From positions 162,316,001-162,380,000 of the forward strand of contig NC_042997.1 of NCBI RefSeq assembly GCF_006345805.1: 64,000 bases of DNA, read 5' to 3'. Made by a program: the position numbers and the translations under genes. Below, in pieces: positions 10,586-22,050 of the stretch. The DNA is from Octopus sinensis (Eukaryota). The notes beneath the pieces were generated by a model. It made no database searches. It was not told where the DNA came from and saw only the letters and a program-made list of their open reading frames with translations. Each line of letters begins with the position of its first letter. The stretch's first letter is position 1.

Positions 10586-11692
10586 ATGTACGGGCACGGA
10601 TACAACGGTAGAATGGAACCAATGCACATGATGTCAATGGACTTCCAAGGCAGATACATGGATTCTTATGGAAGAATGGTTGATCCCAGATCCTATGGCT
10701 TCTCTGGCAGATATCATGACCAAGACAGGTACTATGGTAGATCTATGTACAACTATCACGGTTTCCATGATTTCAATAGGTTCCATAGATTTGATTATTT
10801 CATGGATTTCCCAGATATGTTTATGGATATGTCCGGTTATCAGATGGACATGTATGGAAGGTGGATGGACATGCACGGACACTACTCTAGCCCCTACTCC
10901 TACATGTTCAATTCTTCAAGACATGGCTACAACACTAGCTACTACTATGGTCGTTACGGGTTCTATCCAGAGAGATTCATGGACATGTCCCACTACCAAA
11001 TGGACATGAATGGCCGATATATGGACAGAAACGGACGTCACTGTAGCCCATATAACAACTATTACAGGCGTTATATGAATTTCCTTCATATGTACCATCC
11101 CGAGAGATCCATGGATATGTCCCATTACCAGATGGATTTTAATGGTCATTGGATGGACATGTATAATCATTACTCCCATCCTTTCTTTGGTCACAACCAT
11201 TACTATAGGGGGAGCCACTACTACCACAATTATTATCCCCACTCTAACTACAGCTGGGGACATAGATTTTACAACTACCCAGAAAGATACTTTGATATGT
11301 CCCACTACCAGATGGACTTCAATGGTCACTGGATGAACATGTATGGTCATGGCTATCAACCTTTCCATTCATTCAATGGCTCCAACGGTTATCATCATTC
11401 GGGTAACAGTTACAGTTGGGGACATAGGTACCACAACTATTACGACATGTTCAATGATATGTCCCATTACCAAATGGATTTCGACGGTAACTGGATGGAC
11501 ATGTACAATCAATACTCCTATCCTTTCTTTGGTTATAACCATTACCAAAGAGGGAGCCATTACTATAACTATTATCCCCACTATAACTACAACTGGGGAC
11601 ATAGGTTCCACGACTACCCAGAAAGATTCTTTGATATGTCTCACTACGAGATGGACTTCAATGGGCGCTGGATGAACATGCACAGATTTTAA
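10586..11692 (+). CDS. reflectin: Reflectin (368 aa, His-rich; N-terminal motif plus 6 reflectin motifs)
   Basis: N-terminal motif MEPMHMMSMDFQGRYMDSYGRMVDPR and six (M/F)D-X5-MD-X5-M(D/N)-type repeats such as PERFMDMSHYQMDMNGRYMD; Met/Tyr/Arg/Asp/His-rich with almost no Ala/Leu/Lys/Ile. Confidence 0.97.
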   Translation: MYGHGYNGRMEPMHMMSMDFQGRYMDSYGRMVDPRSYGFSGRYHDQDRYYGRSMYNYHGFHDFNRFHRFDYFMDFPDMFMDMSGYQMDMYGRWMDMHGHYSSPYSYMFNSSRHGYNTSYYYGRYGFYPERFMDMSHYQMDMNGRYMDRNGRHCSPYNNYYRRYMNFLHMYHPERSMDMSHYQMDFNGHWMDMYNHYSHPFFGHNHYYRGSHYYHNYYPHSNYSWGHRFYNYPERYFDMSHYQMDFNGHWMNMYGHGYQPFHSFNGSNGYHHSGNSYSWGHRYHNYYDMFNDMSHYQMDFDGNWMDMYNQYSYPFFGYNHYQRGSHYYNYYPHYNYNWGHRFHDYPERFFDMSHYEMDFNGRWMNMHRF

Positions 11693-11807
11693 TTTTGTAA
11701 TCAGACAAACGACAAAACTTTTCGGAAATTCTACTGGCTAATGTTAATTGGAAACTTGACACATTTTTTTAACGTCCTCAGTATTCGGACACATTTAAAT
11801 TTATATC

Positions 11808-11813
11808 AATAAA
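11808..11813 (+). terminator. Probable polyadenylation signal of reflectin-1
   Basis: First AATAAA after the stop, followed by a GT-rich tract (TTGTGTTGTGTTT) about 25 nt downstream. Confidence 0.6.
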
Positions 11814-12534
11814 ATTTTGTTGCAATATATGAATATCTTGTGTTGTGTTTCAATATTTTCTTTACAATTTTGTTTAATTCGTAAAATAAAAAATAATCAA
11901 TGTAAGACTGACTGCTTTCATAAACTTATTAGAATTATATTTATTAAGGTAATTCAAGTTTCCTTCCTATCCAATTTGTTACCACTATATTTAAGTAAAG
12001 AAACTATAGTTTTATACGATATATAAATTGTATTGCCATTAGTTTGCAACCGCAGGTGACAGACTTAGATTAATTTGAAATGTTTAATTGCTGCTTGAAC
12101 TCCTTTACCTTTAGAAATTGAAGGCATACGTTGTGACTTTTTAAACTTTCTACACCTTTTTGCTGATTATTGAAAGGTATGACCATTTTTTTTACCAATG
12201 TGTTTTAACAAATAAAATGCAGCAATTTTAGAGTCATTCAAAAAATACAACAGAGTTACTGCAATGATAATACAATGAAATGAAAAAGCAATTCTAGCAA
12301 GTAAGAATAATGGTGTGATAAAATCACAGTAAAGAATATCTGAATAAGTGTTATTAAATTTGAAAGGGCGTCATAGTCACATCGTCGCTTTTTACTGTAG
12401 TTGTATATAAAATAGAAACGAACTGATAAATTTGGTTTATATTTGGGATAAAAGTTACGAAATGTAATAAATACTCTAAAATTAATTTACTAGCATTGAG
12501 CTTTTGATCATCTTCTGGATATTGACTGAAGTGA

Positions 12535-12536
<2 letters not shown>

Positions 12537-12601
<65 letters not shown>

Positions 12602-12602
12602 A

Positions 12603-12684
<82 letters not shown>
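12537..12684. repeat. (TATC)n microsatellite
   Basis: Long near-perfect TATC array. Confidence 0.95.
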
Positions 12685-12685
<1 letters not shown>

Positions 12686-14213
12686 ACACACATATATATA
12701 TGTATATATATGTACATAGATACAAACATATATAAGCATGTGTATGTGTGTGTTTCTCTGTGTGTGTGTGTGTGTGTGAGTGTGTGTATATAAAATGGCA
12801 TCATTCATAGACCACACTTAAAGTAAGTCTGTTGGTTGTGGTTGGAGCTGAACTTTGTTTATGGGGGTGAAAATATATATCATATTACTTCAAAATATCA
12901 TATCAGATAAAAGGTAAAAAACAAGTTTAATGTTGTATTTAGACATATTTAGTCACACGTATTACGTATTTGCTTTGTAATGGAGGAAAGCCAGTATATC
13001 AGTGATCATTTCAGTTGATACAGGAGCTATCTTGATAGTCCAAAAGCTGTTGTCTTGTCTATGGGCAATTAATATAATCGGACGGTTAGCAAAGGCTTCT
13101 CATATTATAATCAAAAGATTTTCTGATAATTGAAGCTTAATTATATTTTTACTGAAATCTGCAAAGGTAAGGAAGTAAAGTTTTTAGCGATATATGTAGT
13201 GAATCTTGCTTTAAGCTGTAAAAAATTGACAATCTGCTATAGAAGATATGTCTGATACAGAAAGTACTAATGTACAGCGGTGGCTATGATTAAAGATAAT
13301 GCGCTTGCAGACTTATAAGGTCATTGCAATCTGTATAAAATACCGACTGGAATGTATATTTCACTTGTATTCATTGTGAGCAACCCGAATATCAAAAATG
13401 CCGTAGATGGTACAAAAGTATCTATTTCAACTGAATGGTAATGCTGGCGAAGCAAGCCATGCGATTCAAAAGATATTAAAATGTTTATGAAATAATTCAT
13501 AGCAGACAATAAGTGGAAAGCTGCGTTTTTCTACAAGAAATAATCCGCAGAAGTGTAAAGCAGGAAAGGATTTGTGTGAGGGTGGATGTGCGTGTTTGGG
13601 AGTCCATATAAGTGAAACCGCATAAATTGTGTGTCCGTACAAATGAGACTGTATGAACTTCGTTCATATCCATAAGTGTATATTTCTGTGTAACGTCATC
13701 ATTATGAAAATGAGCTGGAAACTAATGAAAGTAGGTTATCTGCCCGGGTACCACAAAGAAAGTAAAGTGACATCAATCCCTCATTGGTTAATAAAACCCT
13801 TATCACCTTCCAATTAAATTGCTGGCAATGGTCTCTGTTCGTAATTGGAAAGGACGCCTTCTTTGAGGATACTCCATGGCTGCGTGTATTCTCAAAATCT
13901 CCTCTAAACCCGATTTTATTAACTAGATATATCTCAAAAGAGATGAATTCTAATGACAACCTAAATAGATCGACGGGATTCTCTGTACTGAAGTAAACTA
14001 CCCATTCCTACTATTTAGATTTTCGGTAAAATGATGGAAAATAATTTTTGAAATGTGTTCTCGGAACTTAAACCCGTCAACAGCGTCAAAGCGCATATTG
14101 TTAAAGAAAAACTATAACATTTTATCAGCATAACTAAAAAAAAAAGAAAAAAAAGATCAAAGGTCCTTCACAAGCCTTCGGCGATTTCCTGGATTCTGTG
14201 ACGTATATATTTG

Positions 14214-14675
14214 ACTCCAGGACGGGACGCTAATCTATCGCAGGATTACTCATTTTTGCCAGCTGAGTAGACTGGAGCAATGTGAAATGGAGTGTTTATA
14301 TCACAACAGCCGAACGAGAACATCGCCCGCTCTAGGAATCGAAACCATAATCATATAATCATGAGTTCAACACTCTAACCACTAAGCCATGCGCCTCCAG
14401 TTCATCGTCATTCCAAGATATTCTGATCATACACCTTTTTAATTTAAAATACTTCCTTTAGGCGGCGAGCTTAGCAGAATCGTTACTGCACTGGACAAAA
14501 TTCTTAGTGACATTTCTTCCAACTTTGTGTTCTGAGTTCAAACATCGCCGGGGTCGACTTTGCCTTTCGTACTTTCAGCGTCGATAAAATAAGTACCATA
14601 TGAACATTAGGGACGATGTAATCGACTTATCCTCTCCCCCGAAATTGCTGGCCTCGTGCCAAAATTTGGCACCAA
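14214..14675. mobile_element. Family-C SINE (minus, about 14214-14399) and old family-A SINE (plus, about 14461-14675)
   Basis: tRNA-like heads pointing away from each other; central blocks match the other copies of each family. Confidence 0.75.
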
Positions 14676-14981
14676 TTTAAAATGATTCCAATACAAAAAA
14701 CTCTATGTCAAAAGTTGTTTCTTCGCCAAGAACAGAAAATACTTCAACATAAACAGGTGGCAGGGAAGCGGCATGTTGAATCGTATCGTATATTCATAAG
14801 CACTTATTCTTGAACAAATCCGAGAGAAAATAACGCCCAGCCTCTTTAATACAAACATTTCTAATTCTATATGAAAAAATTTTCCTTTCTCAGATGCAAT
14901 CATAACAGTAGAGAAATAATCCATTCATAAGTGTCGTCCTACGGAGTAGTATGTATGTATATATATATATATATATATATA

Positions 14982-15166
14982 GTTAATCCAAACAAGAAAA
15001 CACAAAAAAAACACAACAACGCGAGAACGTGGAACAAATATAGTATTATTGGACGCTCAGGAAAGAAGGAAAGAAGGAGGTTTTAACGTTTCGAGCGGAG
15101 CTCTTCGTCGGAAACATAGGAGAAGGAAAGATCCAGAGAAGGGAAGACAGAGGAAAAAAATCGCCA
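14982..15166 (-). mobile_element. Penelope-like terminal repeat fragment with hammerhead-like motif (15081-15115)
   Basis: Minus strand GTTT-CCGACGA-A-GAGC-TCC-GCTC-GAAACGTT; near-identical plus copy at 52119-52326. Confidence 0.7.
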
Positions 15167-15256
15167 ATATATATATATATATATTTTTAATAAAAGGGTT
15201 AAATTAATTAATTAATTAATTAACTAATCAATTAATATATATATACATATATACAA

Positions 15257-15486
15257 GGCGGCGAGCTGGCAGAAACGTTAGCACGCCAGGCGAAATGCGT
15301 AGCCGTATTTCGTCTGCCGTTACGTTCCGAGTGCAAATTCCGTCGAGGTCGACTTTGCCTTTCATCCTTTCGGGGTCGATAAATTAAGTACCAGTTACGC
15401 ACTGGGATCGATGTAATCGACTTAATCCGTTTGTCTGTCCTTGTTTGTCCCCTCTGTGTTTAGCCCCTTGTGGGTAGTAAAGAAAT
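15257..15486 (+). mobile_element. Young full-length family-A SINE
   Basis: GGCGGCGAGCTGGCAGAAACG head, GTGCAAATTCC B-box-like motif, GTCGACTTTGCCTTTCATCCTTTCGGGGTCGATAAA central block, tail ending GTAGTAAAGAAATA. Confidence 0.9.
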
Positions 15487-15509
15487 ATATATATATGTAT
15501 ATGTATGTA

Positions 15510-16034
15510 CCTCTGTGTGAAAAGTCTGGCTGCATCCGAAAAAATATACATTATAAAACAAAAATATAAACAAAATTTATTACACGAATCTGTTACCACC
15601 ACGACAGTCAACTATTTGACGTCGAACACGATTTTGATGTTGTTTCTACCAAGTTGTCTACTGGTTGCAGTACGCCTTTCACGAATAGCATTGACCATTC
15701 TTTCTTGCATAGCAGCATTTTTAACAAGGCTTGGTCGCACAGAACGCTGTTTTGGCTGTATTGCTCCACGAAGAGTTGCATTTTTATAAATTCGCGCTGG
15801 TATATTGCGGTCTAATTGAAAGGCATTGCAAAGATCCCTCACTGCTTCATTTGCGAACCCATCTTTAATTTGCTGGTAGCGTAGAAGTATTGCCAGTCTA
15901 TCTCTCTCACTAATTTGTTCCCTCGCCTGCGAGCCATCTAAAGTTAATGATGATTCTGCTAATTCCACGTGTTGTCAATTGTATGCACCTGACATATGCT
16001 AACGTGCATGCAAGCCAGACTTTTCACACAGAGG
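15510..16034 (-). mobile_element. Non-autonomous TIR transposon carrying a transposase N-terminal fragment
   Basis: Perfect 22-bp TIRs CCTCTGTGTGAAAAGTCTGGCT (15510-15531 and 16013-16034), TA on the left. Internal ORF 15612-15968 reads like a Tc1/mariner HTH region. Confidence 0.8.
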
Positions 16035-16076
16035 ATATATATATATATATATACATACATATACACACACACGCAC

Positions 16077-16149
<73 letters not shown>

Positions 16150-16155
16150 ATATAT

Positions 16156-16297
16156 ATTTCTTTACTACCCACAAGGGGCTAAACACAGAGGAAACAAACA
16201 AGGACAGACAAACGGATTAAGTCGATTACATCGACCCCAGTGCGTAACTGGTACTTAATTTATCGACCCCGGAAGGATGAAAGGCAAAGTCGACCTC
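16156..16297 (-). mobile_element. 5'-truncated young family-A SINE
   Basis: Reverse complement of the tail and central block of 15257-15486, cut at GTCGACCTC. Confidence 0.85.
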
Positions 16298-16371
16298 ATA
16301 TATATATATATATATATATATATACATGAATACATACACACACATATACGTACACATACATATATATACGC

Positions 16372-16526
16372 ATTATTTACATTATTTACATTTGAGGGAT
16401 ATTTGTCCTCATCTTGTTTGTTGCTAACACAAAATTTCGGCTGATATACTCTCCAGCCTTCTTCAGGTGTCTTGGAGAAATTTCGAACCTGGGTTCTCAT
16501 TCCTAAGGTATTTTTCGATGTTGTTG

Positions 16527-16574
<48 letters not shown>

Positions 16575-16676
16575 TATTATTATTATTATTATTATTGAGG
16601 TCACTGCCTGGAATCGAACTCGGAATCTTGGAGTTAGTAGCCCGCGCTCTTAACCACTACGCCTATGCCTGTGGGC

Positions 16677-16740
<64 letters not shown>

Positions 16741-16920
16741 CAACATCGATAAATACCTTAGGAATGAGAACCCAGGTTCGAAATTTCCCCAAGATACCCG
16801 ATGAAGGCGGGTGGGTATATCAGCCGAAACGTATTAACAACAACCAAGATGACAAATATCTGCCAAATGTAAATAATGTAAACAATGCACATAATTCCTC
16901 ATCTCTTAAATATAGAACTG
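16372..16920. mobile_element. Second inverted dimer of the hammerhead-tailed family-E SINE
   Basis: Minus copy with tRNA head about 16372-16672; headless plus copy about 16671-16920; joined at the palindrome TATGCC-TGTG-GGCATA. Hammerhead motifs at 16426-16471 (-) and 16793-16833 (+). Confidence 0.8.
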
Positions 16921-17492
16921 CCTAGTCATATACATACATATATATATTTATATATATATATACATATATATGTATACACATACATATATGTACATATATA
17001 TGTATACACATATATATATGTACATATACACAAGCATACTGATACAACACACACACTCACGCACACACGCACAAACACACACACACACACACACACACTC
17101 ACACACACACACATATACATATGCAAGTAGGTTCGCGGAGGAACTGACCAAAGACCTAAGGTCCCAAGGACTGATTGGGAAATGTCGTCATGGACACAGT
17201 GGGAGGCGTCGGTAGAGCCTTGAATACATTTATTTTCGTAAATGCGTTGGAACCTCCATTGTTGAATGATTTATTTCCTAGCTATATATTTTTGAAAATG
17301 CATACCGTTTTTCTGGGTGTATATTCTTTTATTCCGTTCTGTGCCTTGGTGTTTTTGTTTTGTTCTGTTCCCAAATTCTTTGCTCATCTACAAACGTACT
17401 TATTCATACATACATTTATCCATATATAGACACCTTCGCCCACATCCTGACACACACCCACATATACAACACACACACGCACTCTCACACAC

Positions 17493-17536
<44 letters not shown>

Positions 17537-17540
<4 letters not shown>

Positions 17541-17696
17541 TACGGTGATGTACTTGCATAGCATGTGACCTGATCTGAGATCGTGTGCTGGAACGAAAAC
17601 AATTGCAGCATCGAAGGTGTTTATAAGCCAAGTGTTTCTTAAATGGCTTATAAACACCTTCCACGCTGCAATTGTTATATACATACATACATACAT

Positions 17697-17739
<43 letters not shown>

Positions 17740-17891
17740 ATATGTATTACGGTGATGTACTTGCATAGCATGTGACCTGATCTGAGATCGTGTGCTGGAA
17801 CGAAAACAATTGCAGCATCGAAGGTGTTTATAAGCCAAGTGTTTCTTAAATGGCTTATAAACACCTTCCACGCTGCAATTGTTATATACAT

Positions 17892-17945
<54 letters not shown>
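17537..17945. repeat. Exact tandem duplication (207-bp period) of a family-G fold-back fragment
   Basis: 144-bp cores at 17537-17680 and 17744-17887 read identically; separated by microsatellite. Confidence 0.9.
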
Positions 17946-17953
<8 letters not shown>

Positions 17954-18464
17954 ATACACACAAACACGCACGCATGTACGTCTGCACACACATTTGCACT
18001 TAAACACGCCCAGATATGTATGTGTCTATCCTAGTGGTGCTGGAGCACATGTATCCATATGATGGCAGAGGAGTCGTTGCCAGTTCTGATTACCATTTAT
18101 GCTTATGAATCTACATCTATAATCTTATAAGTATGTAGGAATAACTCCTACATAGACACAGAGTTGAGAATTAGAAGAAAGAGGAGAACGGTTGATCTCA
18201 TCGACTACACAAGTTGTCCATTGATTGGCGACTTGTTCATTGATCTCATTCCGGGATAAATGTATATTAGTATCTAACACATGAGGTTTCATGTTCCCGT
18301 TTGTGTGTTAGTGGTGGGGGCGACAGCAGTGGTGATGTATCGATGTCATTTCTCCCGCATTTTGTTGGTTATTGTTCTGTTTAACAGACGCTCAATTAAA
18401 TTATATAGCTGCTGCCCTAATATGAAGAGCATCATTACCCGTTAGTACCACCAAGTGCCCACTT

Positions 18465-18875
18465 CCAATTGTAACTGTCTAAACCCTGGAGATTGCCTAC
18501 TTGACAAGGTGTGCATGATAAACTCCGTCGTATATAAGGCAGATGTTACAGCAACGCTACATGATAATTCTAATCGGGCTATGCGAAGGTGATTTCAAAG
18601 GACTCTATGTTAACCACCAATCTTCCTTCCGGCACATGGACAAAAGTAAAGCCACTAATTTGGATAACTTAGGCTTGAAGACCAACTACATGCCACACAC
18701 AATCAAGTGGAAAATCGTAGAAAAATCCATGCCATATGTTAATGGATCTAAAAAAATGCAAGTTATGTGTAGATGAAAGATAGCATATTCTTTTTAGTTC
18801 TAAGAATTCCACCGTACTGCTGAATTCTAGATGAGAAATTTTCTGCAAATGCATATGGACAAGCTTCTTTAGGCG
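18465..18875 (+). mobile_element. Penelope-like GIY-YIG endonuclease remnant (frameshifted)
   Basis: CNCLNPGDCLLDKVCMINSVVYKADV then IGLCEGDFKGLYVNHQSSFRH ... IKWKIVEKSMPYVNGSKK, matching the PLE Cys-rich linker plus VVY/YIG endonuclease layout. Confidence 0.8.
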
Positions 18876-19248
18876 AATTTGAGAATATCGCTTTCTCCGG
18901 ATTGAACAGCTGTATCGCACACTTTAGAACTCTGCTATTGGTTCTACACTAACTCGCTTTATGGCTTTACAGTGAAAGGGGACATAACTCTGATTCTCTC
19001 ACTTCTTTCCTTTTTTTTCACCCTTCCATTTTTTGTGTCCTCCAGCTGTTCATTTTTTCTCATGATTTCTCTTGTTCTATTGTCTTGACTTGTAACTTGT
19101 ATAGACCGTGTGCTCAGATTTGGAAAATCGCTTGAAGACATTAAGCGTGTTATTAAAACCTGCCTAGACAACATCACCAATGTATGTAACTATTAGGGGC
19201 TCATAATTATATACAGTGTACACTAAACAATATATGTATGTGTGAATG

Positions 19249-19322
<74 letters not shown>

Positions 19323-19328
19323 ATATAT

Positions 19329-20148
19329 CATAAGGGCACACAAAGGTGCCTACCTGCTAGAAAGAGGAGTTAAAATCCTCATTTTAACCACCAATAATAA
19401 CACTGAAATATACAACAGAAAAACAACAGAAGTCGGGCGAACAGGCCAAAAGAAAAAAATCTTTCACTTACCTATATAGCCCAATGCTATATATTTCTTG
19501 GTATTTGGATATACATGTACCATGGTTTCTGATTTGGCAAACAGCCTCACCTTCCTAAGCATGTATTATTGGTTGAAAATCCTTTTTAACCCATCACGTT
19601 GAAGTCTGCCGGTGATCTGAATTGTTTTGCTCCAAAATCAGAACAGCCTCAGTGTAAATATACCAATAAGGAGCAAATATTCAGGAGTGAATATTTACAT
19701 AGATATTAGTATTGTTATAATTATCCACGGTGATATAAATCGTTGATAATAACAACAACAATAATATAAGTGGTTGCAGGCCTAAAATAGCATTAGATAG
19801 CTATAGAATTCAAATTCAATCATAAGGGCACACAAAGGCGCCTACGTGCTAGAGAGAGGAGCTAAAACCCTCTTTACCAAGAAATATATAGCATTGCACT
19901 ATATAGGTATGTGAAAGATTTTCTTTTGTCCGTTCGCCCGACTACTGCTGTTTTTCTTTCGTATTTTTCAGTGTTATTATTGGTGGTTTAAATGAGGGTT
20001 TTAACTCCTCTTTAACTCCAATAATATATATGGCCTGCAGCCACTTATATTATTGCTGTTGTTATTATGAACTATGTAGTTTACCGTGGATAATAATAAC
20101 AATAATAATATCTACATAAATATTCACTCCTGAATATTTGCTCCTTAT

Positions 20149-20150
<2 letters not shown>
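19329..20150. repeat. Complex inverted/direct duplication block
   Basis: 19364-19502 inverted at 19876-20010; 19664-19782 inverted at 20032-20150; 19329-19380 repeated directly at 19821-19872. Confidence 0.85.
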
Positions 20151-20212
<62 letters not shown>

Positions 20213-20429
20213 ATTAATGGTAAAATAACTCTTTGCCCTCACCCATTTATTACACTCGGTAATGTAAATGCCATGCAATGAAAAAGCACTTGTGTATTAA
20301 TAATTGGGTATTCTACCAGCAGTATATTGGATAGATATTATCCCTTAGTTGGTTGGATTCACAACCTCTAACTTTCTTGGAATTATATACATACATTCAC
20401 CCATATATATATATATATATATATGTATG

Positions 20430-20461
<32 letters not shown>

Positions 20462-20511
20462 TGTATGTATGTATATATGTATGTATGTATGAATGTATAG
20501 GGAGATACATA

Positions 20512-20711
20512 CGAAGGGATGTTGAAAAATTCTTGTCTTCAAGGGTATTGCGAAAGGCCTGATTGGAGGCCTAGCATTCCGAGTTCTTTAGCAGGGCTTG
20601 GAGAAATCGAAGGACCGCTTCAGTAAGTATGAATCTGAGAATAAAATCATAATTAACTGATCCTCCTGTATTTTCTTTTACTCAAAGTCAAGGACTTTTC
20701 AGCACCCCTCG
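20512..20711. mobile_element. Mariner-type MITE
   Basis: TA-flanked TIRs CGAAGGGATGTTGAAAA and revcomp CGAGGGGTGCTGAAAA. Confidence 0.75.
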
Positions 20712-21103
20712 TACATACATACACCCGCATATATACATACGGATATGTTAGTATAATATAATATAATATAATATAATATAATATAATATAATATAATATA
20801 ATATAATATGATATAATATAATACATGTACATACGAGGTAAAAGTACTTAATACGAACAGTTGAGTGACAGCAAATTTTGCATAAGTTGAAACTTCCCTA
20901 GTGCAACTCTGAGTTTTGCTTCTCGGCTCGTTCGGCTGTTGTGATATAAAGTAGAACGTTCCCTTATTTTCATATAATTTGGATATGTGAAAGCTGCATA
21001 TAACAGTGTATCTGTATAAAATTATATAAAGGGATACAAATTCATAGAAGCAGCGCGGATATTGTGATGTACTGAGCAAGTTGAAAGCAATTTTATTGTC
21101 TTA

Positions 21104-22050
21104 CTAGCAGCATAGCCCGGCGTTGCCCGGGTATGTAAGAGCTCCTAGTAGGCAACGACTAATCCCAATCTAGTCCTTTCCCTCTAGGGAACGAAGGCGC
21201 ATGTGTAGGTTGCAATGTCTTCTCTTCACTCGAATACTTCTGTGTATACGATGTTCCTAGCTGTCCCTTTGGGCGAAAACATGAAAACATCATTGCGCCT
21301 CCCAACGCGTGAACAGCCCACGTAGAGTTGACCGTGGGCGAAGCACTGTTCGCCCAACTGTAACCCAGCGACTTGTAGCGTTTGGCCTTGGGATTTATTG
21401 ATGGACATTGCGAAGCAGAGTTTAACAGGAACCTGAGAACGCCTGAAGTGGATTGGTAGGTCAGCGCCCGACGGTTGAAGGTGCATGGGTGGAATGAAGA
21501 CGTCCTCTCCCTTCCCACAACCGGTAAGTATTGTGGCCGTTATTAAATGTGGTGGCAAATGTTTCACAACCAGACGTGTGCCGTTGCACTGTTTAGGTGG
21601 AACCAAATTCCTGATGAGCATAATGGCCGCACCGACTTTTAACTTCAGGATGTGTGGCGGCAGGCCTGGCGGTTCAAGTGAATTCAGGAATTCAACAGGA
21701 TAATCGGCAAGCTCGGCGGGGTCTGCTGTCCTATCAATAGATTTATAGACGTGGACATCACCAGGAATAGCTTCAAGTAGCTGGATATTGATGGAGTTAA
21801 GAGTTAAAAAGGTCGAGTTGAGCTCCCTAGACAGTCTGTGGTTTGTGTTTCTGATTCTCGACCCATGTCGAATTTATCAATTTTTTTTAGAACTGGGGGA
21901 ACTTTTCAAAATTTTCGCTGCGTTAGTTTTGAATTATGACATTGGGCTATGTGTGTGTCAAGTCTCATCAGAATCGGTTGAAAGCCGTGGTCAGGGTGAG
22001 GGTACAACCTGACAGACACAAAGACAGAAAAACTGCCGTTTATATATAGA
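21104..22050 (-). mobile_element. Non-autonomous Helitron retaining a PIF1-helicase C-terminal fragment
   Basis: Minus-strand 5' TCTATATATAAA; 3' hairpin CCCGGGCAACGCCGGG then CTAG|T. 21226-about 21830 encodes LNSLEPPGLPPHILKLKVGAAIMLIRNL...CNGTRL...FAMSINKSQGQTL...HGQLYVGCSRV. Confidence 0.92.

Noticed and set aside
10820-10850. Trace of the proposed bacterial transposon origin of reflectin (YMDMSGYQ octapeptide with flanking inverted repeats)
   Set aside because: The genes contain FMDMSGYQ, HMDMSGYQ and FFDMSGYQ but no exact YMDMSGYQ, and I see no terminal inverted repeats or TSDs around any CDS; nothing here supports or refutes that hypothesis.
13200-14100. Microsatellite-free stretch that looks like decayed coding DNA (similar at 22100-23230, 43804-44400, 45690-46950, 55440-56100)
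   Set aside because: No motif could be read with confidence in any frame; probably old transposon interiors, left unannotated pending a translated search.
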